Source: Candidatus Multivorans sp. (GTDB taxonomy: Bacteria > Acidobacteriota > Thermoanaerobaculia > Multivoradales > Multivoraceae). From it: a DNA stretch of 64,000 bases. The notes under the pieces were generated by a model that did not search any database, was not told where the DNA came from, and was given only the letters and a program-made list of their open reading frames with translations. Position 1 is the first letter of the stretch. Each line of letters opens with the position of its first letter. The DNA is taken from assembly GCA_965224025.1 (NCBI GenBank), contig OZ245033.1, forward strand, positions 832,001-896,000. Reading direction: 5' to 3'. Positions 18,783 through 28,272 of this stretch are shown here, piece after piece. The translations under genes and the position numbers were made by a program.

Positions 18783-21578
18783 ATGAAGGTCTCACCGCTT
18801 CGCTGCTCTTCGGCCCTCGACCCGCGCCTGCGCCCGCTGCCGCTCTGCGTGCTGGCGGCCGGCCTGCTCTTGCTGGCTCCTGTCCTGCCCGCGGCCGCCC
18901 AGACCACGGCGACAACGGCGAGCATCTCGGGCTTCGTCACCAACGCCAGCGGGGAGCCGCTCCCCGGGGTTACCGTCCTGATCGAGGATGTCGAGCGCGG
19001 CATGAGCATCACGCGCGCGACCGACCAGAACGGCTATTTCGTGCTCCCGAACGCCAGTCCTGGGCTGTATTCCGTCAGGCTCACCCTCGACGGTTATCAG
19101 GAGATGGTCTACGAGGACATCGATGCAGGTCCCAACGCCCGGCTCCGTTTCGAGTTCGAGCTGCAGCCGCAGGTGGAGGTGCAGGAAACGGTAACGGTGA
19201 GCGCCCGGGCGCCGGCGATCGAAACGAGCGAGGCGGCGATCAAGAGCACGATCTCCTACGATGAGTTCGACAAGCTACCGGTGCTCAGCCGCAACTTCCA
19301 GGAGGTGGTGGACATCCTGCCCGGCGTCACCAAGACCGGGGCGAACTTCAACATCGCCGGCTCCCGCAGCAACCAGAACATCTTTCTGATCGACGGCGCA
19401 CGCAACAACGACTTGAGCGGCACCTCGACCCGCTTCAGTCAGAGCGTCTACTTCATCGTCGCCTCGCAGAACCCCGACGATCCGACCGTGGGCCTGCAGA
19501 CCGGCTTCAACCTGCAGTCGTACAACCTGGACGCCATCGCCGACATCCAGGTCGTCACCTCCGCCTACTCGGCCGAGTTCGGGCAGGGTTCCGGAGGGGT
19601 GATCAACCTCATCACCCGGGCGGGCACAGACCAGTTGAAGGGCGGGGTCACGCTCAACTACCAGGACGACTCGTTGAACGACGACGAGTCGTTCGACACG
19701 TTGGGGCGCTCCCAGACTTCTCTCTCGCTGGGTGGCCCGATGGTCCGGGGCCGGAACTGGTACTTCGTCAGCTATGAGCGGGACGACTACGAAGTGGGGT
19801 TCGACAACCGGCGCATCGCCTATCCGGGCGAACCGCATGGCGCAAAGATCCGCTCGTTCGTGCTCGACACCGACCTCCTGCAGAGCGATACCAGCCAGGA
19901 TCGCTTCGCCTCGAAGTTCTCGTTCCAGATCAACGACGACAACCTCCTCAACCTCACCGTCAACGTCAACAAGGAGACATCGCTCTTCAACCAGGCCATC
20001 AACCGTCCCTCGGTCGACCAGATCGAGCCCCGCCACGGCGCCAACGACAGCATCAGCCTGCTGCTCAACGACTACCACACGCTGTCCGACCGGAAGTTCG
20101 TCCATAGCCTGCTGCGCTACGGCGAGACGGACCGCAGGAGCCGCTCCGACCTCGGCGTCGACGGCTACCAGCCGATCATCGTCAACGATGCAGGGAGGTT
20201 CATCGACTACTACGTCACCGGCGCGTTCGGCGAGGTACTCGATGCCCAACTGGACGTGTTCGAGTGGAAGGAGACCCTGACCTGGCTGACTGAAAGCCAT
20301 GCCGTCAAGTTCGGCTTCGACTGGGAGCGTTTCGAAGAGGATCTGCTCGTGCCGGCGCGCGAACTGTTCGTGTCGCACAACGTGGACGCTGGCGGCAACG
20401 TGATCCCGGTGAGCGGGTCGGTGGCGCCGCCAGATGCGCTGTTCGTCTTCTACTCGACCGGTACGCCTATCGATCAGCAGGCCAGCGTGGCGCTCAACAC
20501 CTACTCCACCTTCGGCCTCGACGACTGGAGCATCAACCCTCGCTGGACCCTGAGCTACGGCCTGCGCTACGACTACGACGACTTCCTCGAGAACCACGAG
20601 TTCTCGCCGCGTATCCACACCGCCTACGCCGCCAGCCCGCGGCTGGTCGTCCGGGGTGGCGCCGGAATCTTCCGCGATCGCTCCACTCTGCTCTCCACCG
20701 AGGAGGACACCGTGGTCCGCTCGCGTGGCCTCAGTTGGAACAAGGCCACCGGGCTGCCGTTCTCCGACCCGAACGTGCTGCCGGACGACAACGGGTTCCT
20801 GACCGACAACTTCAACTCGCCGATCACCAACCAGGCCAACATCGGTTTCGAGTACGACCTGGGCAACAGCTACGTCCTCGGAGCCAACTACATCTACAAG
20901 GACTTCGAGGATCTGGTGTGGACCGAGATCATCAACAAGCGGTCGATCGAGGGTTTACCCACCGATCCTTTGATTCCCGTCAACTCCAAGCTGATCGGCA
21001 ACTTCGGCTACCTGGAGGACCAGCTTCTCGAGGTGGTGTTCCGCAAGCGTTTCTCCGGCGGGGCCTACTTCAACTTCAACTACACACTGGAGGACACCGC
21101 GGGCAACACCTCCCAGGAGGTAGCGGCGCGCAACGAGACGGTGGTCAACTCCATCGTCGAGGCGGAGAGTCAGAGCGAGCGACGACATCCGGCGGACTAC
21201 GAGGTCGAGCACGCCCTGAAGGCCTCGGGCGTCTTTCTGCTGCCGTGGGGCATCAACGTCTCCACGGTGGCCAAGTACCGGACCGGAAGGCCGTGGACGC
21301 CCGAGGAGCGGATCGGCACCCCGTTCGCGTACTTCATCGCGCCCGAGGGAATCAACGCCCGCAACCTGCCCGACGAGTTCCAGTGGGACGTGCGGCTGGC
21401 CAAGTCGTTCCAGCTTGGCAACGACAATGTGCTCGAGATCTACGGGGACCTGTTCAACGTCACCGACCGTGACAACGTGCGCTCGGTGAACCAGATCATC
21501 ACGTTCGCCGGCTACGCCGAGCCGACCTCGTTCAAGCTGCCGCGCACGGTCCAGCTCGGCATCAAGTACCGCCACTGA
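18783..21578 (+). CDS. TonB-dependent receptor (intact)
   Basis: GGAGGAGG RBS; signal peptide; ISGFVTNASGEPLPGVTV; SAEFGQGSGGVINLITRAGT; PRTVQLGIKYRH. Confidence 0.95.
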   Translation: MKVSPLRCSSALDPRLRPLPLCVLAAGLLLLAPVLPAAAQTTATTASISGFVTNASGEPLPGVTVLIEDVERGMSITRATDQNGYFVLPNASPGLYSVRLTLDGYQEMVYEDIDAGPNARLRFEFELQPQVEVQETVTVSARAPAIETSEAAIKSTISYDEFDKLPVLSRNFQEVVDILPGVTKTGANFNIAGSRSNQNIFLIDGARNNDLSGTSTRFSQSVYFIVASQNPDDPTVGLQTGFNLQSYNLDAIADIQVVTSAYSAEFGQGSGGVINLITRAGTDQLKGGVTLNYQDDSLNDDESFDTLGRSQTSLSLGGPMVRGRNWYFVSYERDDYEVGFDNRRIAYPGEPHGAKIRSFVLDTDLLQSDTSQDRFASKFSFQINDDNLLNLTVNVNKETSLFNQAINRPSVDQIEPRHGANDSISLLLNDYHTLSDRKFVHSLLRYGETDRRSRSDLGVDGYQPIIVNDAGRFIDYYVTGAFGEVLDAQLDVFEWKETLTWLTESHAVKFGFDWERFEEDLLVPARELFVSHNVDAGGNVIPVSGSVAPPDALFVFYSTGTPIDQQASVALNTYSTFGLDDWSINPRWTLSYGLRYDYDDFLENHEFSPRIHTAYAASPRLVVRGGAGIFRDRSTLLSTEEDTVVRSRGLSWNKATGLPFSDPNVLPDDNGFLTDNFNSPITNQANIGFEYDLGNSYVLGANYIYKDFEDLVWTEIINKRSIEGLPTDPLIPVNSKLIGNFGYLEDQLLEVVFRKRFSGGAYFNFNYTLEDTAGNTSQEVAARNETVVNSIVEAESQSERRHPADYEVEHALKASGVFLLPWGINVSTVAKYRTGRPWTPEERIGTPFAYFIAPEGINARNLPDEFQWDVRLAKSFQLGNDNVLEIYGDLFNVTDRDNVRSVNQIITFAGYAEPTSFKLPRTVQLGIKYRH

Positions 21579-21602
21579 GGAAGCTGGCGAGCCAGCCAGG
21601 GA

Positions 21603-24113
21603 TCAGGCACCGCCACCGAGCAGGCGGGAGATCAGCAGATCGAGGTCGGCGCTGCTGCCCACCCCGCCGACCTCGACGGTGATCAGCACGCTGTGCTCGG
21701 TGCCGACAGCGACGCCGCTGCCCTCCGGCTCCTGGACCGGCAGCAGGAGTTCACCGGCGCCCGTGGCTGTGACGGCATCGGGTAGCGTGGCGCCGGTCGA
21801 GAAGTCGACATCGAGGCCGTCGAACAGCGAGCCGGGGGCACCGACGAGTCGGTCTGGCCGCACGCGGTCCTGAACGAAGCGCACGCCCAGCCGGCGGAGA
21901 AAGTCACTCCCGTCGAGATCCCGGGCCGCGTTCTGCCCGGCCAGGATCAAGCGCCCCACCTCGAGGAACCGACTCAGCAAGCGCTCTTCGGTCTCCGACA
22001 GCGTCTGGTACGCCTCTTCCCCCTTGATCCACAGCACGGTTTCGTAGCGCAGCAGGTCGGGGAGGGGAACGCGCGGCTCGGGCCAGTGGGACAGCAGGTC
22101 GAACGGCATGCCGAGACGCTCGAGGCCCTTCGTCCATTCCGTCTCGTAGAACCCTCCGCCGTCGTCATCCACCAGGAGGAGCCGGCTGCCCCACACGGGA
22201 AGCTCGAGCTTCAGCTCCCGGCGGCCCGCCGTGCCGAGGTTCACCACCAGGGTCAGCGGGACTCGTGAGCCAGGCTCTGCTTCGGCAGAGATGTCCAGCG
22301 TGAAGGAGACGGTCTGGCCCTGATCGAGCAGCTCGAGCCGCTGGCGCGGCCGCGGGATCGAGACCACGTCGTCAGCGGCGACAAGCTCCAGCTCCGTGCC
22401 GCGGTCGGGACCGCCGGGATTCTCGACATCGAGCTCCACCACCACCCGACTGCCCGGATGGAGCAGCCGGGCGCTCCCAACTTCACCAGGCTCGTCGGCG
22501 TCCGCCGCACCCGTCTCGGGCGGCCGGAAGCGGATCGCCGTCAGACGTGGCAGCGGCAGGCTCCCCAGCATGATGGCGTCGTACGCCTGCACCAGACCGG
22601 CGCCGGTGTAGGGATCGGTGCCGATCTCGCCGATGTCCCGACTGCTGCGGATCAGGCGATCGCGAATCTGATCGGGCATCAGCTCCGGCTCGTGCTCCAG
22701 CATCAGGGCGACGACCCCGGCCATGTGGGGCGAGGTGAGCGAACTGCCCGCCTGGTTGCCGAGCACCTCGTACCCGCGCAGCCGGAAGTGGACGGTGGGG
22801 AAGTTGCCCCACGGCGCGCTCAGCGCCACCACTCCCGTCACGCCCTCGGGGAGTGGATAGTCGTCGAACGGCGGCACGTCGACCCAGGTCACCGGTCCGC
22901 GGCTGCTCAGCGGCGGCAGGGAACCGTCCTTCATGAGGCCGCCGGTGGCGATCACGGCCGGCACGTTCGCCGGCGGCAGGATCTGCCGCGGCACCGGATA
23001 GGCGCCGCGCCAGTTGCCGGTTCCCGCAACCATCACGACTCCGGCCGCCACCGCGTTCGTGGCGGCGTGGCGCCAGGCGGCGTCGAGCGGTTTTTCCGCC
23101 GGCTCCCAACTGAAGCTCATGTTGATGACGTGCGCTCCTTCGACCACTGCGTACTGGAGCGCCTCGAAGGCGTCGTACTGAAACGCCCGCCAGAGGGTGC
23201 GGTTGTCGTGGCGGGTGCGCTGGTCGTACATGCGCAGCGTCATCAACTGGGCGGCCGGAGCGATGCCGGTGAGCATGCCGGAGCGGCCGTCGCCCACCAT
23301 CACACTGGCCGACGAGTTGCCGTGGAAGAAGTCGTCCTCGATGTTGCCGTTGCCGTTGGCGAAGTTGAAGCCGTAGATGTCGTCGACGTAGCCGTTGCCG
23401 TCGTCGTCCTCGAGGTTGCGCTCCACCTCGCCATCGTTGCGCCACAGGTGATAGCGGAAATCGGCGTGGCGATAGTTGACGCCGCTGTCCATGATCGCGA
23501 CCACCACTCCGCGCCCGAGGAGCCCGAGCCGCGACCACACCTGGTTCGCCTGAATGCTGGTGAGGTTCCACGACAGCTCTTCGTGGGCCAACACGTCATC
23601 GATCGTGACGGCCTTGCCCGCCGGTTGCTCGAAGGACCGCGTGTACTTGCCCTCGGTGGCGATGAGGTCCTCGGGCTTCTCGGTGCGCAGATACACCCTC
23701 GCCACGCGCGGCGACCGCCCGAGCCACTCGATTCCGGGCCGGTCGAGCTTCAGGCCGAGTCCGTTGACGATCCAGAAACGGCGCGTTGCCGCGGAGCGGT
23801 GCCCTGCGGCTTCGAACTCGTCCAGGAGTGCGTCCTGCGACCTGCCGGCAAGGGCCTGGAGCTCGTCGATCGCCGATCGGCGCCAGGTAGCCTTCCGGAA
23901 GTCGGTCTCACGCCTCCAGCTCCGCTCGTCCAGCCCGGACTGCTCGCGCAGGAGCACGAACAGCGGGATGGCGTTCTCCGTCTCCTCCAGGGCTTGTATG
24001 AGATCGGCGTCGAGCCGCTCGTGGTCCGGCTCCTGCGCGGCGGGCCGGCCGGCGATGGCGCCGCACAGAGCCCAGGCGAGGGCGATGGCCAAGGTGTTCC
24101 GCTTCGTGCTCAC
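21603..24113 (-). CDS. S8 subtilisin-like serine peptidase with I9-like propeptide and C-terminal extensions
   Basis: VAIMDSG, DDDGNGYVDDIYG, HGNSSAS, GSSLTSPHMAG. Confidence 0.9.
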   Translation of the reverse strand: MSTKRNTLAIALAWALCGAIAGRPAAQEPDHERLDADLIQALEETENAIPLFVLLREQSGLDERSWRRETDFRKATWRRSAIDELQALAGRSQDALLDEFEAAGHRSAATRRFWIVNGLGLKLDRPGIEWLGRSPRVARVYLRTEKPEDLIATEGKYTRSFEQPAGKAVTIDDVLAHEELSWNLTSIQANQVWSRLGLLGRGVVVAIMDSGVNYRHADFRYHLWRNDGEVERNLEDDDGNGYVDDIYGFNFANGNGNIEDDFFHGNSSASVMVGDGRSGMLTGIAPAAQLMTLRMYDQRTRHDNRTLWRAFQYDAFEALQYAVVEGAHVINMSFSWEPAEKPLDAAWRHAATNAVAAGVVMVAGTGNWRGAYPVPRQILPPANVPAVIATGGLMKDGSLPPLSSRGPVTWVDVPPFDDYPLPEGVTGVVALSAPWGNFPTVHFRLRGYEVLGNQAGSSLTSPHMAGVVALMLEHEPELMPDQIRDRLIRSSRDIGEIGTDPYTGAGLVQAYDAIMLGSLPLPRLTAIRFRPPETGAADADEPGEVGSARLLHPGSRVVVELDVENPGGPDRGTELELVAADDVVSIPRPRQRLELLDQGQTVSFTLDISAEAEPGSRVPLTLVVNLGTAGRRELKLELPVWGSRLLLVDDDGGGFYETEWTKGLERLGMPFDLLSHWPEPRVPLPDLLRYETVLWIKGEEAYQTLSETEERLLSRFLEVGRLILAGQNAARDLDGSDFLRRLGVRFVQDRVRPDRLVGAPGSLFDGLDVDFSTGATLPDAVTATGAGELLLPVQEPEGSGVAVGTEHSVLITVEVGGVGSSADLDLLISRLLGGGA

Positions 24114-26077
24114 GACGCCCCGATGCGCAGCACGAGGTGGCTGCGAAGACGGTCGAGGAGTGCCTCGATGCGCTCCCGGTCGACGCCGGCCTCGACCAGC
24201 CGGCGGATGAGTTCACGCGGTTGCGACTCGGCGGCGTCGAACACGAGGGCGACGTCGGCTTCGGGGTCCAGGAGCGGCTCGGACAGCTCGCTCGCCGCCG
24301 TCACGCGCACCAACACCGGGGCTCCCTTGAGGTCGCCGGGGCCGAGGAACAGTACGCGCAGGGGCGCCCCCTCCTCGCGGTCGGACAGCTCTCCCGGCTC
24401 GCTTACCACCCTGACCGACGCCGGTACGCTCGCCCGCAGGGCTTCCGTCTGCCGCTGCCCGGCCGGCTCAACGAGCACGAGATCGAAGCCTCGGGTCCGT
24501 AGCGTCTCCCAGGCTACCGGCTCGTCACCGGGTTTGACGATGCCGGTGACGAAGCCGTACCGCCAGAGATAGCGCGCCAGACGGCCGGAGGTGTCGTAGG
24601 AACCGGCCGCGACGTCGGCCGCTGCGCGCAGCGCCTGATCAGAGAAGTGTCCAACGACGCGCAGCATCTCGGGTGAGATCGTGCCGGCGTCGTCCTCCGG
24701 GGTGTGCACGTACGGCTGCGGGGCGTCGGCATGGGCGAAGAGCGCCGGAATGCCCTGAATCTGGAAGCTCCAGCCGTCACTGCCCCCGGCGCCGCGCAAC
24801 GTGAAGTGGGCGAAGAGTTCCTCTGCAACGCCCGCGCGCACCAGCGCGAGTTCCTCCGGAAAGTTGTGCGCGCCGAAGAGACGGAAGCGGTCTTCTCCCA
24901 CCCCTACGTTGTCCAGGGTCAAGGTCAAGACGATCTTGTCCAGCGGCCATCGAGCCTGTTCGAGAAAACGGCTCGATCCCCAGACCCCCTGCTCCTCGGC
25001 GCCCCACAGGGCAAACATCACCGAGCGGGCGGAAGGTCCCTCCGCCGCCATCACCCTGGCCAACTCGAGTACGGCCGCGGTACCCGACGCGTTGTCCTCG
25101 GCGCCGTTGTAGACGGTACCGTCCGGATCCCTGCCGCCGCCGTCGTAGTGGGCCCCCACCAGCACCAGCTCGTCGGCAAGTTCGGGGTCGCTGCCCTCGA
25201 GCAGGCCGAGGACGTTCGCCCCGACCTTCTCGGTGACGTACTCCACGCCCACCTGCCAGGCCACCGTCTTGCCGGTGTGGTACGACGCGTGCTCCCCCCG
25301 GTCGATACGCTGCTTGAGCGCGACGCCCTGGCCGTCGAGGAGATCCTGGGCGACGGCGACGTTGACCTTCGCGAGGAAGAAGCCGGGAAGATAGTTGCGG
25401 GGACGGAAGACCCAGATCCGCATCCGGTCCAGTTCCACGCCCGCGCCCGGATCGGAGACGAGGAGCAGGCCCGCGGCGCCGAGCTCCCGAGCCCGTTTCG
25501 CCTTGTTCATGTGGGCGGCCAGCCGACGCTCGAGCTTGCTGTGCGGCGGCATGCCGTCCATCGCCAGTAGTACTTTGCCCCGGACCTCGACGCCCTCGAG
25601 TTCGTCGAGCTTCGAGGTCGCCAGACCGTAGCCCACGAACACCACCTCGGCCTCGCCGCTCGTGGCCGAGGAACCATTGAGGAAGAAGTAATCCTCGCCG
25701 TAGACCAGCTCCTTCCTGCCCCGGCTCGGCTTTCGTGGCGCTTCGGTTGCGTCCGCTGCCGCGTTGGGAGCGGCCGAGTCGATGGCGAGCCGAACCGGCT
25801 GCACGAAGCGGTAGAACGGAAAGGTGAAGCGGTGCAGGTACGAGCCGTCGTCGCCGGCCGGCTCGAGCCCCGACTGCTCGAAGGCCTCGGCGATCAGCCG
25901 CGCTGCTTTATCCCCGCCGGAGGTGCCGGTCCGCCGGCCATCGAGCCGGTCGGCCGCCAGCGTCTCGACCCAGGCGTGGGCGCGCCCGGCCTCGAACTCC
26001 CCTGCCCGGCGCTGGCAGGCGGGTGGCAAGGTCGCGAGCAACGCGACAAGCAGCACCCCGTGAGACCGTGTTCTCAT
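24110..26077 (-). CDS. M28 metallopeptidase with PA domain (probable lipoprotein)
   Basis: GAHYD, GAEDNASGTA, GAEEQG, SDG, HTPEDD. Confidence 0.92.
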   Translation of the reverse strand: MRTRSHGVLLVALLATLPPACQRRAGEFEAGRAHAWVETLAADRLDGRRTGTSGGDKAARLIAEAFEQSGLEPAGDDGSYLHRFTFPFYRFVQPVRLAIDSAAPNAAADATEAPRKPSRGRKELVYGEDYFFLNGSSATSGEAEVVFVGYGLATSKLDELEGVEVRGKVLLAMDGMPPHSKLERRLAAHMNKAKRARELGAAGLLLVSDPGAGVELDRMRIWVFRPRNYLPGFFLAKVNVAVAQDLLDGQGVALKQRIDRGEHASYHTGKTVAWQVGVEYVTEKVGANVLGLLEGSDPELADELVLVGAHYDGGGRDPDGTVYNGAEDNASGTAAVLELARVMAAEGPSARSVMFALWGAEEQGVWGSSRFLEQARWPLDKIVLTLTLDNVGVGEDRFRLFGAHNFPEELALVRAGVAEELFAHFTLRGAGGSDGWSFQIQGIPALFAHADAPQPYVHTPEDDAGTISPEMLRVVGHFSDQALRAAADVAAGSYDTSGRLARYLWRYGFVTGIVKPGDEPVAWETLRTRGFDLVLVEPAGQRQTEALRASVPASVRVVSEPGELSDREEGAPLRVLFLGPGDLKGAPVLVRVTAASELSEPLLDPEADVALVFDAAESQPRELIRRLVEAGVDRERIEALLDRLRSHLVLRIGAS

Positions 26078-26078
26078 G

Positions 26079-28151
26079 TCAGTCCTTCCACTGCATCAGA
26101 TCGACAGACACGAGGTCTTCCAGAAAGCGCGAAACGCCGGCCAGCTCGACGGTGCCGAGGTCGGCGGCCACCGCGGCCCTGATCTCCGTCGCGGTGCGGC
26201 GGCCGTCGGCGAAATTTAGGATCGCGTCCCGCCGCATGGCGTCGAGGCCTCCCTGCTGATACCACGCCCGGCGCGAGTCGGGGAGTCGCTCCAGAACGAA
26301 GGCGAAGCGCAACGTGCCGAAGAATGTACGCACCGGCACCCGGCTGCCCGCCGCGGTGGCCGTCGAAGCCGCCTCCGACTCGACGGGCAACCCCCGCAGC
26401 GTTGCCTCGTCGACGTAGGCGCGACGCAGCAGACGCCGACCGTTGACGGACTGCCGCTGCAGCGCTTCCTCGAGCCCGGATATCCGCCGCTCGCCGGCGG
26501 GATTCATCCCCAGGCGCCGTACCGAGCCCACCGATTCCACCGCGTGCAGGGCTGTGTGGCGCAGACGGTTGTCCTCGACACGCCAGACCGCGTCCAGCTC
26601 GGTCACGGTTGCGAGCCGGTTGAGCGCGGTGGCCAGCCCGGTGCTGAATCGCGCCGCCGACGCTCCCCAGACGAGCTGCGCGAGGGGAACTGTGTCCCTG
26701 GGCCCGGCGTCGGCAAGGAAGGCGACCGTGGCGGCGGTGACGTAACCCGCCCGCATCAAGGTGGTGGCATCGATGTGATCGGCGGTGTCCTCGTTCGAGT
26801 GGTAGAAGTTGTCGGGGAAGGTGCCCAGCATGACCGCCGGCACGGCGACCGTGCTGTCGACGAAGTGCGCGTGGTCACTGATGACTCCGCTGTACGCCAC
26901 CTCTTCGAAGTGGAACGGGTTGCGTGAGCCCCAGCGCGACCGGTACTGCTCACGGGCCACCTCTTCGAGCAGGCTCTTCACCAGGTCCGGCAGGTAGGAG
27001 GGGAGAAAGCCTGGTGTTCGCGTGAGTTGGAAGATCGATCCCGATTCCGCCTGGTCCGCTCCCACCATGTCGTTGTTCATGACGGCGATGCCGCGACGGT
27101 TCCAGTCCCGGTTGAGGTGGAGGAAGATCTGCGTGCCGCGGTGCTCGGGGACCCACAGGAACCGGACTGTGCGACGGGGCGCCAGCAGGTCCCGCTCGAT
27201 GAGGCGGCGCAGCACCTTGGCAACCTCCAGGCTGAGGCCGGAGCCGCTCGCGTTGTCGTTGGCGCCCGGGCGATGATGGTTGAGGTGCGCGATGACCAAT
27301 ACCTCTTCCTCGGCGAGGTCGGTGCCGCGAATGGCCGCGCTGAGGACCTCGTACTCTCCATCCTCCAGGGCGGCATCGATCCTGGCGTGCAGCCGCACCG
27401 GTCCACGCTCCAGCCGGCGGAGGAGCTCCGCGGCCATCCGCTTCGAGATCGAGAATGCGCTTCGCCTCGGCTCCAGGCTCTGCGGCACCGCCTGCCACGC
27501 CACCTGGTCGGGGAACGGGCTACGGTCGGGAAGGTAGTTCCCCCAGTGAGAGACGACCCCCAGGATCTCGAAGCGCCCCTCGGCGAAGGCGAACACGGAC
27601 GAAGCGGTGGAGGAAGCGAGAACGAGCTTCCCGTCCACGTCCTTGCCGGCCCACTCGGCCTCGTCGAGCCCGGTCCCGACGTCCACTAGTTCGGCCACCG
27701 AGTCGACGCCGGAGGAGTACTTGACGATGCAGGTCGGGACGTCGAGGTAGCGGCAGACCGGCTCCCCGCTGTCCGCGTAGGTGAGCGAGCCCCCGCCGAG
27801 ACGCCAGGCCCAGGAGGCGGTGTAGGTGTCGAGGACCGGACTCCTTCCGTCGGCCGGGTACCGGATCACCTGGATGTCCTCCAGGCCTACCTTGGCCGCC
27901 TCGGCACGCACGTACTCCACGGCCCGATGGAAGCCCTCGGTCGTGGACGTGCGGTCGTAGGTGGACAGTTGCCATACGTGATCGAGCGCCACCTGCCCCT
28001 GGAGCTCGTCGCGAATCAGACCACGAACCTCCGCCGAGACCGGCGAGCCGTCGACCCCCTCCGCCAGGGCAAGGGGCAGCGATGCGAACAGCGCCGTCGA
28101 GAGCACGGCGAGGGCCGCGCCAACGCTCGCCCGTCGTTGCGCCGAGGCCAT
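26079..28151 (-). CDS. M28 / DUF4910-type aminopeptidase
   Basis: AHLNH, GANDNASG, WVPE, NNDMVG, SDH, YHSNED. Start 28151 is inferred from the promoter position. Confidence 0.88.
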   Translation of the reverse strand: MASAQRRASVGAALAVLSTALFASLPLALAEGVDGSPVSAEVRGLIRDELQGQVALDHVWQLSTYDRTSTTEGFHRAVEYVRAEAAKVGLEDIQVIRYPADGRSPVLDTYTASWAWRLGGGSLTYADSGEPVCRYLDVPTCIVKYSSGVDSVAELVDVGTGLDEAEWAGKDVDGKLVLASSTASSVFAFAEGRFEILGVVSHWGNYLPDRSPFPDQVAWQAVPQSLEPRRSAFSISKRMAAELLRRLERGPVRLHARIDAALEDGEYEVLSAAIRGTDLAEEEVLVIAHLNHHRPGANDNASGSGLSLEVAKVLRRLIERDLLAPRRTVRFLWVPEHRGTQIFLHLNRDWNRRGIAVMNNDMVGADQAESGSIFQLTRTPGFLPSYLPDLVKSLLEEVAREQYRSRWGSRNPFHFEEVAYSGVISDHAHFVDSTVAVPAVMLGTFPDNFYHSNEDTADHIDATTLMRAGYVTAATVAFLADAGPRDTVPLAQLVWGASAARFSTGLATALNRLATVTELDAVWRVEDNRLRHTALHAVESVGSVRRLGMNPAGERRISGLEEALQRQSVNGRRLLRRAYVDEATLRGLPVESEAASTATAAGSRVPVRTFFGTLRFAFVLERLPDSRRAWYQQGGLDAMRRDAILNFADGRRTATEIRAAVAADLGTVELAGVSRFLEDLVSVDLMQWKD

Positions 28152-28158
28152 GCACAAC

Positions 28159-28225
28159 ATCGTGACGGCGCGCCGTCCTCAAGTCTCTAAGCCGTCTCGA
28201 AAGAAACCCAAAAGATCGTCGAAAG
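28159..28225 (-). promoter_or_regulatory. Internal promoter with four 11-bp-phased repeats
   Basis: Sense CTTTCGACGATCTTTTGGGTTTCTTTCGAGACGGCTTAGAGACT-17-CACGAT-7-ATG. Confidence 0.7.
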
Positions 28226-28272
28226 AGACCGACCTCCGCGGCTGCCCCGGCGACGCCGGGGCGGGTTCCTCG

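Noticed and set aside
22458-24572. Long antisense ORFs (704 aa here; also 38476-40596, 42656-44452, 61334-63136 and others)
   Set aside because: These are motif-free shadow or alternate-frame ORFs of well-supported genes, expected at high GC.
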